NCBI GenBank assembly: GCA_965369655.1
Contig: CBDUQR010000018.1
Location: forward strand, 1-53,311
Direction: 5' to 3'
Source: an uncultured bacterium
Lineage (GTDB): Bacteria; Zixibacteria; MSB-5A5; JAABVY01; JAHJOQ01
DNA: 53,311 nt
A program made the translations under genes and the position numbers. This document shows, piece after piece, positions 29,605 to 38,562 of the stretch; positions within the stretch are counted from its first letter, which is position 1; each line of letters opens with the position of its first letter. The notes under the pieces were generated by a model. That model ran no database searches. It worked only from the letters and a program-made list of their open reading frames with translations, and had not been told where the DNA came from.

Positions 29605-30549
29605 CTACGGCATTCGCGCGCCGACTCGGCCGATTACCGCAGCCGCGATTCTTGAACCGATCATCGACGAACAGACCAGGTCGAATCCGAGTGTCAATCC
29701 TCTGAGAACTCCTGCGGTGTATGCATCTCCCGCGCCTGTCGTATCCACCACTTCCCTGACCTTCAGCGATGGCGTCTCGGTGACATATTTTTCGTCTGCC
29801 ACTATTGCCCCCTCTGAGCCTGTCGTTATACAGACCATGCCGGTTCTCGCCTTCAGGTAATCGACAGCGTCAGTCGCTGTATCGGCACTGGCGACAGCTT
29901 TCGCCTCGTCCTCGTTGCAGAACAGCAGATCGACATACTCTGAGGTGACTCGATCAAACTCATCACGGTACGCAGCCGCCATGACCGGATCGCTGTAAGT
30001 GAAAGCCACCTTCACGCCATGTTTCTTGGCGAGTTCCATCGCATGGATGGACGCATCACGAGCATTGTCCGCCGACCACTGGTAGCCCTCGACATACAGG
30101 AAACTTGAACGTTTCACAATCTCTTCATCTATGTCATCCCGCGACAGATCGCTCGATACACCGAGGTGCGTAAGCATTGACCGTTGACCATCGGGTGTAA
30201 CAAATGACACGCAGGTGCCTGTAATGCCGTCACCGCGATTAGACCGGAATGTCACGCCGGATTCAGCAAGGTCATCGGCGTAGAAAATTCCGTTCCGGTC
30301 GCCAGCGACCTTACCGGTGAATGCCGCCTTTCCTCCGAGCTTTACAATTCCCACGATAGTATTTGCTGCCGATCCACCGCTGCACATCTCGAACCCTCCG
30401 GGAATGCCGGACAGCTTCTTATCCGTCCCCGGGATGTCAACCAGCGTCATCGCACCTTTGGTGATTCCGTTTCGCGATAGGAATTCATCATCGACAAACG
30501 CCAGATAGTCGACGAGCGCATTCCCGATACCGTAAACGTCGTATGTCAT
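29605..30549 (-). CDS. PfkB family carbohydrate/adenosine kinase
   Basis: GIGNALVD, SGGSAANT, DTTGAGD. Confidence 0.9.
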   Translation of the reverse strand: MTYDVYGIGNALVDYLAFVDDEFLSRNGITKGAMTLVDIPGTDKKLSGIPGGFEMCSGGSAANTIVGIVKLGGKAAFTGKVAGDRNGIFYADDLAESGVTFRSNRGDGITGTCVSFVTPDGQRSMLTHLGVSSDLSRDDIDEEIVKRSSFLYVEGYQWSADNARDASIHAMELAKKHGVKVAFTYSDPVMAAAYRDEFDRVTSEYVDLLFCNEDEAKAVASADTATDAVDYLKARTGMVCITTGSEGAIVADEKYVTETPSLKVREVVDTTGAGDAYTAGVLRGLTLGFDLVCSSMIGSRIAAAVIGRVGARMP

Positions 30550-30761
30550 GCTCCCTCCGTTCGGGCTTGTATAACTAATACCGAAGCTCGACAGGTACGT
30601 CAACTACAATGAGAGAAAGTTGTCATTGGACGAAATGCAGCGTTCTGCGTATATTGTATCAGAAACGGTCAGTATCACAAAGGCTCTCGAGAGATTCGCT
30701 CACCTGTGATTCGTGCATCTGCGCCAGTCGGATCAGAGAGCCAAATATGGGAGGATATGCG

Positions 30762-32351
30762 ATGAGAAAAGGGATGTGCATTCTTGTAGCGCTGTTGATA
30801 TGCAGCGGAGCAGCAGCATTCGGGAGAAACTCGGGAGAAGCGGCGGCGGGTTTGACCACGAAAGCAGAGCCACCTGTCAGCGCGGATACGGAAACCCCGA
30901 ACACTATGAACTGCGTTCACAATTATGGCAATGTGAACTTCTGCATCTCGAACTGGGGTATTCTCGGCAGTGAGATGGGAAACTATCAGGATTGTGAAAC
31001 AGGACTGCCCGCAGAATCATTTGAATTCCCAGCGGGTTCTGACATCGAGTATCTCTTCCAGGGAGCGTTGTGGATTGGCGCTGTTGTCGGTCCGGATACA
31101 CTCGTATCAGTTGGCGCCGACGGATGGCAGTGGGCGAACGAACTCTATCCATGTGCTGACGAGACGTCGTATGAATGCGATATCGAGAAGCGCTCGACAA
31201 GACCGGGAGACCCACACTTTCATCCGGACGCGATTTCAGATTTGGATATGATAGCCTTTTACACTGATACGCTTTCTGATCCAGTATGGACACCGGACGA
31301 TTTCTGGGGACGACCACATATGCCGCTGAATATAGAGGTCCGACAGCACAGCCATAGCTGGTCCGGACCAGACTCAAATGAGTTTGTGATAGTCGAGTTC
31401 GATGTCATATCTATTGGCCCTGCCCCAATCGACAGCGCTTATATCGGCGTGTATATTGATGCCGATGTCATGCACACGAGTACTTCTCAAGGCTTCATGG
31501 ATGACATCTCAGGCAGTCGGATCATTCGTCCCGGTTTGCACTTCAACGACACCATCTTCTGCGCCTGGTCAGCAGACAATAATGGCGATCCCGTCGATGG
31601 GAGCTGGGATTTCGAGAGCCCTCGCGGTGCTCTGGGCGTCGCGCCACTTGGTCCGCTGGCGCATAGTTCGACAATCAGCTTCAATCTGTCGTCTTCGCAC
31701 GGAAATCCATCGCTCGATTGGGGACCCTGGCTTCAGTCGAATAGCGATATTTTCGACTTCCACACTGGTGGATTGGGTACTCCTCAAGGCGATCGCGCCA
31801 AGTATTTCGTCATGCAGAATGGAGAGATCGACTACGATCAGTTGGAAACAGCACTCGACCACACACCGGATGGCTGGCTTCCACCCCCACTGATCTACGC
31901 CTCAGATATCTCAGACGGAGGGGATACACGTTTCGTCTTATCCTTCGGCCCGGCATTTATCGATACGGATGTGCCGACGAGATTCGCAGTCGTCTTCGCT
32001 GCTGGACATAACCTGCATGTAAATCCAACAGATTTCGATGACTTATTCGATCCTGCTGATCCCGGACCGTATCAGGCTTCGCTCGATTTTTCGAGCCTCG
32101 ATGCGAATCTGACAATGGCTCGGCGTATGTACGATCACATCAACATGGGAGATGTTGACTGGAACGGCTACGTCGATATTGATGACATCGTCAGGCTGAT
32201 AGGTTACGTGTTTCTGGCCGGGGATGAACCTGCCTATCTTCCAGTGTGCGACGTCAACTGCGATAGCGTAATCAACATGCTGGACATCATTGGAATCGTG
32301 AACTACGTTTTCAAAGGAGGAACAATGCCGACAGACGGATGCAACGACTGA
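30762..32351 (+). CDS. Secreted protein with a C-terminal dockerin-like domain
   Basis: Signal peptide; paired Ca-binding repeats GDVDWNGYVDIDD and CDVNCDSVINMLD. Confidence 0.8.
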   Translation: MRKGMCILVALLICSGAAAFGRNSGEAAAGLTTKAEPPVSADTETPNTMNCVHNYGNVNFCISNWGILGSEMGNYQDCETGLPAESFEFPAGSDIEYLFQGALWIGAVVGPDTLVSVGADGWQWANELYPCADETSYECDIEKRSTRPGDPHFHPDAISDLDMIAFYTDTLSDPVWTPDDFWGRPHMPLNIEVRQHSHSWSGPDSNEFVIVEFDVISIGPAPIDSAYIGVYIDADVMHTSTSQGFMDDISGSRIIRPGLHFNDTIFCAWSADNNGDPVDGSWDFESPRGALGVAPLGPLAHSSTISFNLSSSHGNPSLDWGPWLQSNSDIFDFHTGGLGTPQGDRAKYFVMQNGEIDYDQLETALDHTPDGWLPPPLIYASDISDGGDTRFVLSFGPAFIDTDVPTRFAVVFAAGHNLHVNPTDFDDLFDPADPGPYQASLDFSSLDANLTMARRMYDHINMGDVDWNGYVDIDDIVRLIGYVFLAGDEPAYLPVCDVNCDSVINMLDIIGIVNYVFKGGTMPTDGCND

Positions 32352-32380
32352 GATTGTAGGTTATTGAACTGAAGAACAAA

Positions 32381-32454
32381 TGGGCCTAACTGGAGTTGAA
32401 CCAGTCACCTCGCGCTTATCAGGCGCGCGCTCTAACCAACTGAGCTATAGGCCC
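32381..32454 (-). tRNA. tRNA-Ile(GAT)
   Basis: GGGCCTATAGCTCAGTTGGTTAGAGCGCGCGCCT-GAT-AAGCGCGAGGTGACTGGTTCAACTCCAGTTAGGCCCA; CCA not encoded. Confidence 0.96.
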
Positions 32455-32474
32455 AATGGAAATTCCGTGCAAAG

Positions 32475-32502
32475 ATTATAGAAACTCTGCCGCGAATGTC
32501 AA
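32475..32502 (-). promoter_or_regulatory. Sigma-70 promoter of tRNA-Ile
   Basis: TTGACA-16 nt-TATAAT. Confidence 0.8.
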
Positions 32503-32546
32503 CCGATTTTTCAGCGGCTTCACAGACGCGAATCTGCTTTATGTCA

Positions 32547-33137
32547 TTACCGCAGATTTTCGAGTTCACGCATCGCCTCTTCCGCGCCCCGTGCGACTCC
32601 AGAGTAATTGAGTCCGGCGTTGGAAAGGACTCCTGTTTTGTACTGTGTGTTTCCCTTCGCTAATTGCATCTTGAGATCGACAATCCGCCTGCGAATCTGC
32701 TGGTATTTCGTATCCTCGGCCATAGATGGCTGGAGGTTCCCAGAAACAGCTATGGCGGCATCGAGCAATGATTCTGCCGCAGTCCTGAAACTGTCGACCC
32801 GCGCCTCATAGAATTCCTTCAGCACCGCGACCGTGTCGCCCGCCCAGTTCAGGACAGAATCCGCGAAAATGAGAAGCCGCTCCGCATGCTCGTACGATCC
32901 TCCACCTGAGGATTTCTCCTGCAACTTCGAAATCTCAGTTAGCGCAGCCTCAAACGAATCAGTCGCAGCGGCGTAGACTTCTGGCAGAAATCGATCGAGG
33001 CGTTGCCTCTGCACTTTCTCTATCTCGCCTTCGACCTTCGAGACCAGTTCATCGGGCGGGTTGCTGCCACCTCCGCAGCCGGTCAGAATTCCGGCAGCGA
33101 TCAATATCGCAAGTAAGATTATCAAGTAACGTCGCAC
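32547..33137 (-). CDS. Hypothetical helical lipoprotein
   Basis: GTG start after GGGAG; lipobox LTGC; predicted helical body. Confidence 0.65.
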   Translation of the reverse strand: MRRYLIILLAILIAAGILTGCGGGSNPPDELVSKVEGEIEKVQRQRLDRFLPEVYAAATDSFEAALTEISKLQEKSSGGGSYEHAERLLIFADSVLNWAGDTVAVLKEFYEARVDSFRTAAESLLDAAIAVSGNLQPSMAEDTKYQQIRRRIVDLKMQLAKGNTQYKTGVLSNAGLNYSGVARGAEEAMRELENLR

Positions 33138-33220
33138 CTGTGCTATCTCCCTGGCAAAAGAATGAGTATTTCTATCAGACCGCAACGTAAGCACCATAGT
33201 AGTGTAAACACAAGCAAAAT

Positions 33221-35074
33221 CTATCGCGATGCATGTGCACTTTCTGTTGCCCTGATTCCGGCGCTCCTGTCATCTTCGTGCCTCGGAAGGTAAACCGTCA
33301 CCGCAAAACCCGGTTCGGTCGTTTTGCTCAATTCGAGTCGCCCATTCATTCCGGTGATGAGCTTCTTGACAGTGCAAAGCCCCAGCCCGTTGCCGTCCTC
33401 TTTGGTCGTAAAGAACGGCGTGAAGATTTTTCCCCTGATTTCATCGGGGATTCCGGGACCGTTGTCGACAACGCGCACGGCGACGAAATCCGTTCCTTCA
33501 TCGACCGTCTCGATTGTAACTTCGCTCGTACTCGCCTCGATTGCGTTGAGCGTCAGGTTTGCGAGCACCTGTCTGACAGCAAGCTGATCGGCCCAGACTG
33601 ATTTGGAACTCGCATGCAAGCGGCTGCGCAACGTCACTCCCCGTTCATCTGCAAGAGTTGACAGGCTGCTGATCTGCTCTTCGATCAGTCCCGGGAGATC
33701 TACCCATGCATTATAGAAACTGGTCGGCTGCGCGAATTCGAGAAATCTCGTGAGCATCTGTTCGGTCGCGGCTCCCTCGCGAGCTATCGCCTCTGCTGCC
33801 TGCCTGAGTTGCGGGTCATCTCTGGCGATCTTGAGCATCAGCCCGCCATATCCAACGATTGCGGTCATCGAGTTGCGCAACTCATGTGCGAGCCCGGCAG
33901 CCGTCTCGCCCAAAGCAGCCATCTTGTCCTTGTACGCGATGTCCTTCTGCAATCGCTTTATCTCAGTCAGGTCGGTCATAATGACCGTCGCTCCCACCTT
34001 TCTGCCGAACTCATCGCATATCAGCGTGGTTGATACACCGAGCGATAGCTCGCTCCCATCGGTGCCGATAATTTCGAGTTCGATCCGAGACGCGTTGATT
34101 TCATCGGTGAGCGTCTCAGTGATCAACTCCGCGAGCCTCGGCGTCCCAATCAGTATTTCGCTGAAATGACAGCCGAGAGCTTCAGTCTCGCCAATGCCGA
34201 GAAGCTTCTGTGCCGACATGTTGAAATTCGTGATCGTCCCTTCTCTGTCGCAACTGATCAGGCCGGACGCCATGCCTGCGAGAATATACTCGTTGAATTG
34301 TTCGAGCCGTGCGGCGCGTCTCTGTGTCTTATGATACAACTCCTGGAGCCGCTTTTCTTTCTCCCTGAGTTCTTCGATCATCGCCTGAAATGTCGCGACT
34401 ATCTGCTCCACTGACGAGTCTGATGGCTTATCCGGCAGATGTGCATCCTGAGCGGCCTTCTTCATCTTCCGATACGGTTTCAGCGTCACGCGCAAATAGA
34501 GATAGCTCAGCAGCACGATCGCAAGCAATCCCGATAGCTGGAAGAATACGCTGAATCGGGTGACATCGGTTATGAGCTTTTGCCTCTCGGCCCGTTTCAC
34601 GGTTCTGAGAATGAAACAACGGCCATCGCTTGTCTCGAATCGAATCATCAGCGCATAAGAAGGCGCCTTACTCTCAGAATCAGGCTTTGAGGTCACAACT
34701 CCGCCGGAATCAAGAGTGCATATCTGGCTGCCGCCGAAGCGCGAACCGAAACTGTCGTTCGAGTCAATCTCTTCCAGACTGATACTGTCCGCGAATACAT
34801 CGCTGACGAACCTGTGCCAATCCCTCGTCGATGATTTCAACGCGGGTTGATCTCCCAGGTACGTCTCGGCTCTGCGAGCGCTTTCGAGCAGGTCTGAGAA
34901 TACCTGATCTTCGAATATTCCTTGAAGCTGCGTCGCGATCCGAATCGATGAGAAGTTGACGAGAACCAGAAACAGAATAATCAGGATCAGTACGCCGTAC
35001 AGTTCAGTCTCGTACTTCATCCTCTCCCTTCCGACTGGATTCAGAAGTCGCAGCAATGTTTTTGGAATCGTCAT
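33221..35074 (-). CDS. PAS-domain sensor histidine kinase
   Basis: Two TMs, PAS domain, AAGLAHELRN, DNGPG, PFFTTK, GLGL. Confidence 0.92.
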   Translation of the reverse strand: MTIPKTLLRLLNPVGRERMKYETELYGVLILIILFLVLVNFSSIRIATQLQGIFEDQVFSDLLESARRAETYLGDQPALKSSTRDWHRFVSDVFADSISLEEIDSNDSFGSRFGGSQICTLDSGGVVTSKPDSESKAPSYALMIRFETSDGRCFILRTVKRAERQKLITDVTRFSVFFQLSGLLAIVLLSYLYLRVTLKPYRKMKKAAQDAHLPDKPSDSSVEQIVATFQAMIEELREKEKRLQELYHKTQRRAARLEQFNEYILAGMASGLISCDREGTITNFNMSAQKLLGIGETEALGCHFSEILIGTPRLAELITETLTDEINASRIELEIIGTDGSELSLGVSTTLICDEFGRKVGATVIMTDLTEIKRLQKDIAYKDKMAALGETAAGLAHELRNSMTAIVGYGGLMLKIARDDPQLRQAAEAIAREGAATEQMLTRFLEFAQPTSFYNAWVDLPGLIEEQISSLSTLADERGVTLRSRLHASSKSVWADQLAVRQVLANLTLNAIEASTSEVTIETVDEGTDFVAVRVVDNGPGIPDEIRGKIFTPFFTTKEDGNGLGLCTVKKLITGMNGRLELSKTTEPGFAVTVYLPRHEDDRSAGIRATESAHASR

Positions 35075-35130
35075 ATATAGAATGTATCGTCACAATCGAA
35101 CGATCCAAAAGCCAAAAAGTTTTTCGAGAT

Positions 35131-35757
35131 ATGCAAAAGAGGAAGCGCAACAAAGTGACTCGTGTCGGGGAGACGATATCGCACACTTCCGGCGCATCGT
35201 GGCTCAGGCGCACATGGTCCAACCCGGCCTACAGATTCGTCGCGCTGATACTGGTCGGCAGGTACTGGTACAGCACCTTCGAGTTCATGCATCTCTACTT
35301 CTGGCAGGTGACGCTGATCCTGATGATTACGTCGGTCTGGGAGTTCTGGATCGAGTGGGGACGGACTGTATACTTGAAGTTGTTCGTCACTGTTGCCGAG
35401 CCTGCGTTTTTGTTCATCGGAGTTAATGAACTCAAGCCTCAGCTTGTGATCGATCATTTCATCAACTACGTTCCGTTCATCGTGCTGATGGTAATTACGC
35501 CAAAGCTCTCTGTAAAACGACGGGTCGTCGGTATTGCAGCAGGAATCGTAATGCTTTTTATCGGCCACATCGGCCTGATGTCTCTCGCCTATGCCGCGAC
35601 ATCCAACTACGGCCTGACTCAGAAAGCGTTCTCGGTGTTGTTCCCCGGTTTCCTCGTGAACGACAGCCTGCCATTCATCCTCTGGGCGATCATCGCAAGC
35701 GGATGGCTGAAGGAGGTAATTGCATCGGCACGCAAGTCACGAACACGTGACTTATGA
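35131..35757 (+). CDS. Membrane protein, exosortase-associated-like
   Basis: Multi-TM; PFIVLMVITPKLSVKRRVVGIAAGIVMLFIGH resembles exosortase-like segments; no Cys. Confidence 0.5.
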   Translation: MQKRKRNKVTRVGETISHTSGASWLRRTWSNPAYRFVALILVGRYWYSTFEFMHLYFWQVTLILMITSVWEFWIEWGRTVYLKLFVTVAEPAFLFIGVNELKPQLVIDHFINYVPFIVLMVITPKLSVKRRVVGIAAGIVMLFIGHIGLMSLAYAATSNYGLTQKAFSVLFPGFLVNDSLPFILWAIIASGWLKEVIASARKSRTRDL

Positions 35758-35780
35758 TCTCCGTGGGCGGCAGACGTTCA

Positions 35781-35979
35781 GAGGTTGTCCCAAAATATCC
35801 GAAAAGCAGGTAATCATGTTTGCGAAAGAAAATAGCGTCATTCCCGCGCAGGCGGGAATCTATTGAATGCGTTGATGTTAAATAGGCTCCCGTGGTATCC
35901 TGAGCAAAGCGAAGGGCCTTCGCGGGAGAGACAGAGTCAGCTTACCGCTTGAGTTAATCAGGACTTTCGGGACAGCCTC
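35781..35979. mobile_element. 199-bp MITE, copy 3
   Basis: TIR GAGGTTGTCCCAAAA...TTTCGGGACAGCCTC; interior homologous to copies 1 and 2. Confidence 0.85.
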
Positions 35980-36073
35980 TCCACGCATGTCCTGAGCTTC
36001 GAAGGGTCTGCCCCAAGGCAACTGCGTTACGTTAGAATCTTGACTGTTATCCCTGAGTTCATATCTTCTCAGC

Positions 36074-36592
36074 ATGCAACGAATCCTGATAATCGGCACT
36101 CCCGGTGCGGGCAAGTCGACTCTGGCAATCGAGATGGGAAACCTGCTGAACCTGCCCGTTATACATCTCGATCAGGAGTTCTGGCAGCCCGGCTTGGTGA
36201 AACCTGAGTTATCAGACTGGCGACCAAAAGTCGAACAACTTGTTGCACGTGACAGATGGATCATCAATGGTAATTACGATTCATCAATGGACATCAGGCT
36301 TCCGAGAGCCGATACCGTGATCTGGCTCGACTTTGGCATCCCGACTTGCATGTGGAGAATCGCCAGGAGAGTCATGCGATTTAGGGGTCGAGTTCGTCCG
36401 GACATGGCCGATGGTTGTCCGGAATCGATCGATCCGACTTTCATCCGGTTCGTGTTGTCATTCAGACGGAAAATCAGACCGAGAATTGTCTCACAAATCG
36501 ATCAGATTTTCGCAGGAGGCAATCTGATAATTCTGAAATGCCCTACGGATGTTGATCGTTATCTTAGCAATCTGAAAGAAGAATACATGTGA
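36074..36592 (+). CDS. FlaR/topology modulation protein (adenylate kinase-like)
   Basis: GTPGAGKSTLA, IHLD..FW.PG, WIINGNY, RPDMADGCPE. Confidence 0.85.
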   Translation: MQRILIIGTPGAGKSTLAIEMGNLLNLPVIHLDQEFWQPGLVKPELSDWRPKVEQLVARDRWIINGNYDSSMDIRLPRADTVIWLDFGIPTCMWRIARRVMRFRGRVRPDMADGCPESIDPTFIRFVLSFRRKIRPRIVSQIDQIFAGGNLIILKCPTDVDRYLSNLKEEYM

Positions 36593-36634
36593 GATGGAAC
36601 TCGCACGTTTGTCCCGCAGGCATTCCGAAGAACA

Positions 36635-36688
36635 GATGTCATGCCCCCCTTCGTCAAACTCAGGACTATGCGAGTGGGCATGACCTAC
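36635..36688 (-). repeat. GTAG-type REP with a 24-nt insert
   Basis: Equals the 42397-42426 hairpin plus CCTTCGTCAAACTCAGGACTATGC at 36648-36671. Confidence 0.8.
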
Positions 36689-36693
36689 GACTG

Positions 36694-37317
36694 TTACTCT
36701 TGCGATACTTTGGGACGGTGTTCGAAATGCAAGCCGAACTCAAAAATCAAACCGTTTGAAAAGGGAAAATAGTCAGAGCTGCTTTCTGCAATGTAATTGT
36801 AACGTATACCTCCGTGTAGAGCAATATGATCAAAAAGCCTGAAAATCACTCCTAATCCGGGTTGAAAACAAAGTTCAAGGTCGTATTGTGTTATAATACT
36901 CTCAAAATGTGACCTGACTGAGAATCCGCAACCGAGGCTGGAAACAAATGAAATCCGGTCGTATTTCAAGAATCTCCACTGGATGTCTGTGAGGAAGCAT
37001 GAAAGTGTGTATCCAGTATGATCCATTATCGATGAATTGGCAGATTTGTATTCTGAGTGTACCCGGAAGAATCGTATTCCAGGGCGAATCTTTCTATCTG
37101 TCTTCAGAAACGAGCTAAGATAGATTTCAACACTAATCGAACGTTCTTGTGTTAGATAACGGGGTGACGAGCACTCAGGAGCAGCAATTTCGTCCTGGCG
37201 ATATTCTCCGATACCAAATCCGAAAGATTGTGCATGCACCAACGAATTTGGAGATAGGAATATCACAACAAATACAGCGGCGAATCCAAGGTGTTGCAAT
37301 AACCCCTGTCCTTTCAT
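36694..37317 (-). CDS. Hypothetical secreted/outer-membrane beta-barrel-like protein
   Basis: Signal peptide; alternating aromatic/Gly strands. Confidence 0.55.
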   Translation of the reverse strand: MKGQGLLQHLGFAAVFVVIFLSPNSLVHAQSFGFGIGEYRQDEIAAPECSSPRYLTQERSISVEIYLSSFLKTDRKIRPGIRFFRVHSEYKSANSSIMDHTGYTLSCFLTDIQWRFLKYDRISFVSSLGCGFSVRSHFESIITQYDLELCFQPGLGVIFRLFDHIALHGGIRYNYIAESSSDYFPFSNGLIFEFGLHFEHRPKVSQE

Positions 37318-38387
37318 TCCTTCTTTTCCTCTTCCCTCTTCTTGATTATCTCCGCAAGTCTCTCTCTTCGTTCTTTGAGGCGTGATCTTTCAGATTTGAG
37401 CGCGTCGCGGTCTTTGTCAAGCACAGCGTTATCTATCTGCTCTTTCAGCGCATCGATCTTCTCGCCCATCTCATCGTACATCTCTCTGAGTCTCTCAATC
37501 GACTCGGCTTTCTCGGCTTTGTCGAAGACGACATCCTCTGGCGCTGATGTATATGAAGGCTCTTCGGCTTTCGTTGTCCTGTCAGTCACTGGCATAAACA
37601 CACGTCCCTTGTCGAGTGCGCGCGTATTCATAAATGTCGGCGAAACAATCTCGACACCGCCCTCATGCAGCGAATCGAGCATCATCTGACGCAGCTTCGA
37701 CCGCGCCGATATGATCTGCTTGACCTCGGTCAGGAGACCCGCCACACGATATGTCACGGAGAAATCTCCCAGATCGACAACCTGCACGAACGGCTCCCGA
37801 AGCTCAGCCATTCCCGCAGCTTCGAGCAGCAATTCCTCGATTCTCCGACGCGGCACACCATAGCCGAGCGAGACTGTAGCAGTGATAATCGTCCCGGATG
37901 ACCGCGATACCGATACGGGATGGGTCACGAGATAAAGATTCGGCAGCGTTGTCAGATCGCGATCCTCGGTCTGAATCTCGACATGGAACAGGCCGCGATC
38001 CGAGACACGCCCGAAATGCTCACCGACCTCGATAAAATCGCCTGCACGGAAATTCCGTATCGCGCGAAGCATCATCCCAGCCATCAGATTGCCGAGCAGC
38101 GTTGTCGATGACAGCGCAATCGCGGCAGATAACAGTATTCCAAGAAGGCTCAGCAATTGACCGCGCGATGTCTCAGAAATCGGAAGCAGAAGGATGATAA
38201 CGAACAGTGCAATCAGAGTCAGAATCATGGTCGCAATCTGACGCCTGAATCGGAATTCGAGCTTCCCCTTGAAACGCCGGTTGAGAATCAGTTGCACGGC
38301 ATAGAGCACGACCAGCACGACGACCAGCCCAGCCACATTCGGCAGACTGGGAAGCACCCAGTTATATATATTTTCGAGGATTTGCAT
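37314..38387 (-). CDS. MscS family mechanosensitive channel
   Basis: Three TMs, GNLMAGMML, FRAGDFIEVG, TLPN. Confidence 0.88.
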   Translation of the reverse strand: MQILENIYNWVLPSLPNVAGLVVVLVVLYAVQLILNRRFKGKLEFRFRRQIATMILTLIALFVIILLLPISETSRGQLLSLLGILLSAAIALSSTTLLGNLMAGMMLRAIRNFRAGDFIEVGEHFGRVSDRGLFHVEIQTEDRDLTTLPNLYLVTHPVSVSRSSGTIITATVSLGYGVPRRRIEELLLEAAGMAELREPFVQVVDLGDFSVTYRVAGLLTEVKQIISARSKLRQMMLDSLHEGGVEIVSPTFMNTRALDKGRVFMPVTDRTTKAEEPSYTSAPEDVVFDKAEKAESIERLREMYDEMGEKIDALKEQIDNAVLDKDRDALKSERSRLKERRERLAEIIKKREEEKKE

Positions 38388-38502
38388 TTGTAATTTTCCC
38401 GTGTTTCACACGAAACTAATCAATCGCATGAACACGGTCAATATAAAGAGTTGCTTAGAATAGGTCCGGCAGTAACGAGCACACAATCCCGCTTCAATAG
38501 AG

Positions 38503-38535
38503 TGAAACCGCAGAAGCACAGCCTCTGCGGTCTCA
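38503..38535 (-). terminator. Probable intrinsic terminator hairpin
   Basis: ACCGCAGA...TCTGCGGT stem just downstream of the gene ending at 38563. Confidence 0.5.
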
Positions 38536-38562
38536 AATGACATCAAACAATTTCAGCCAAAG

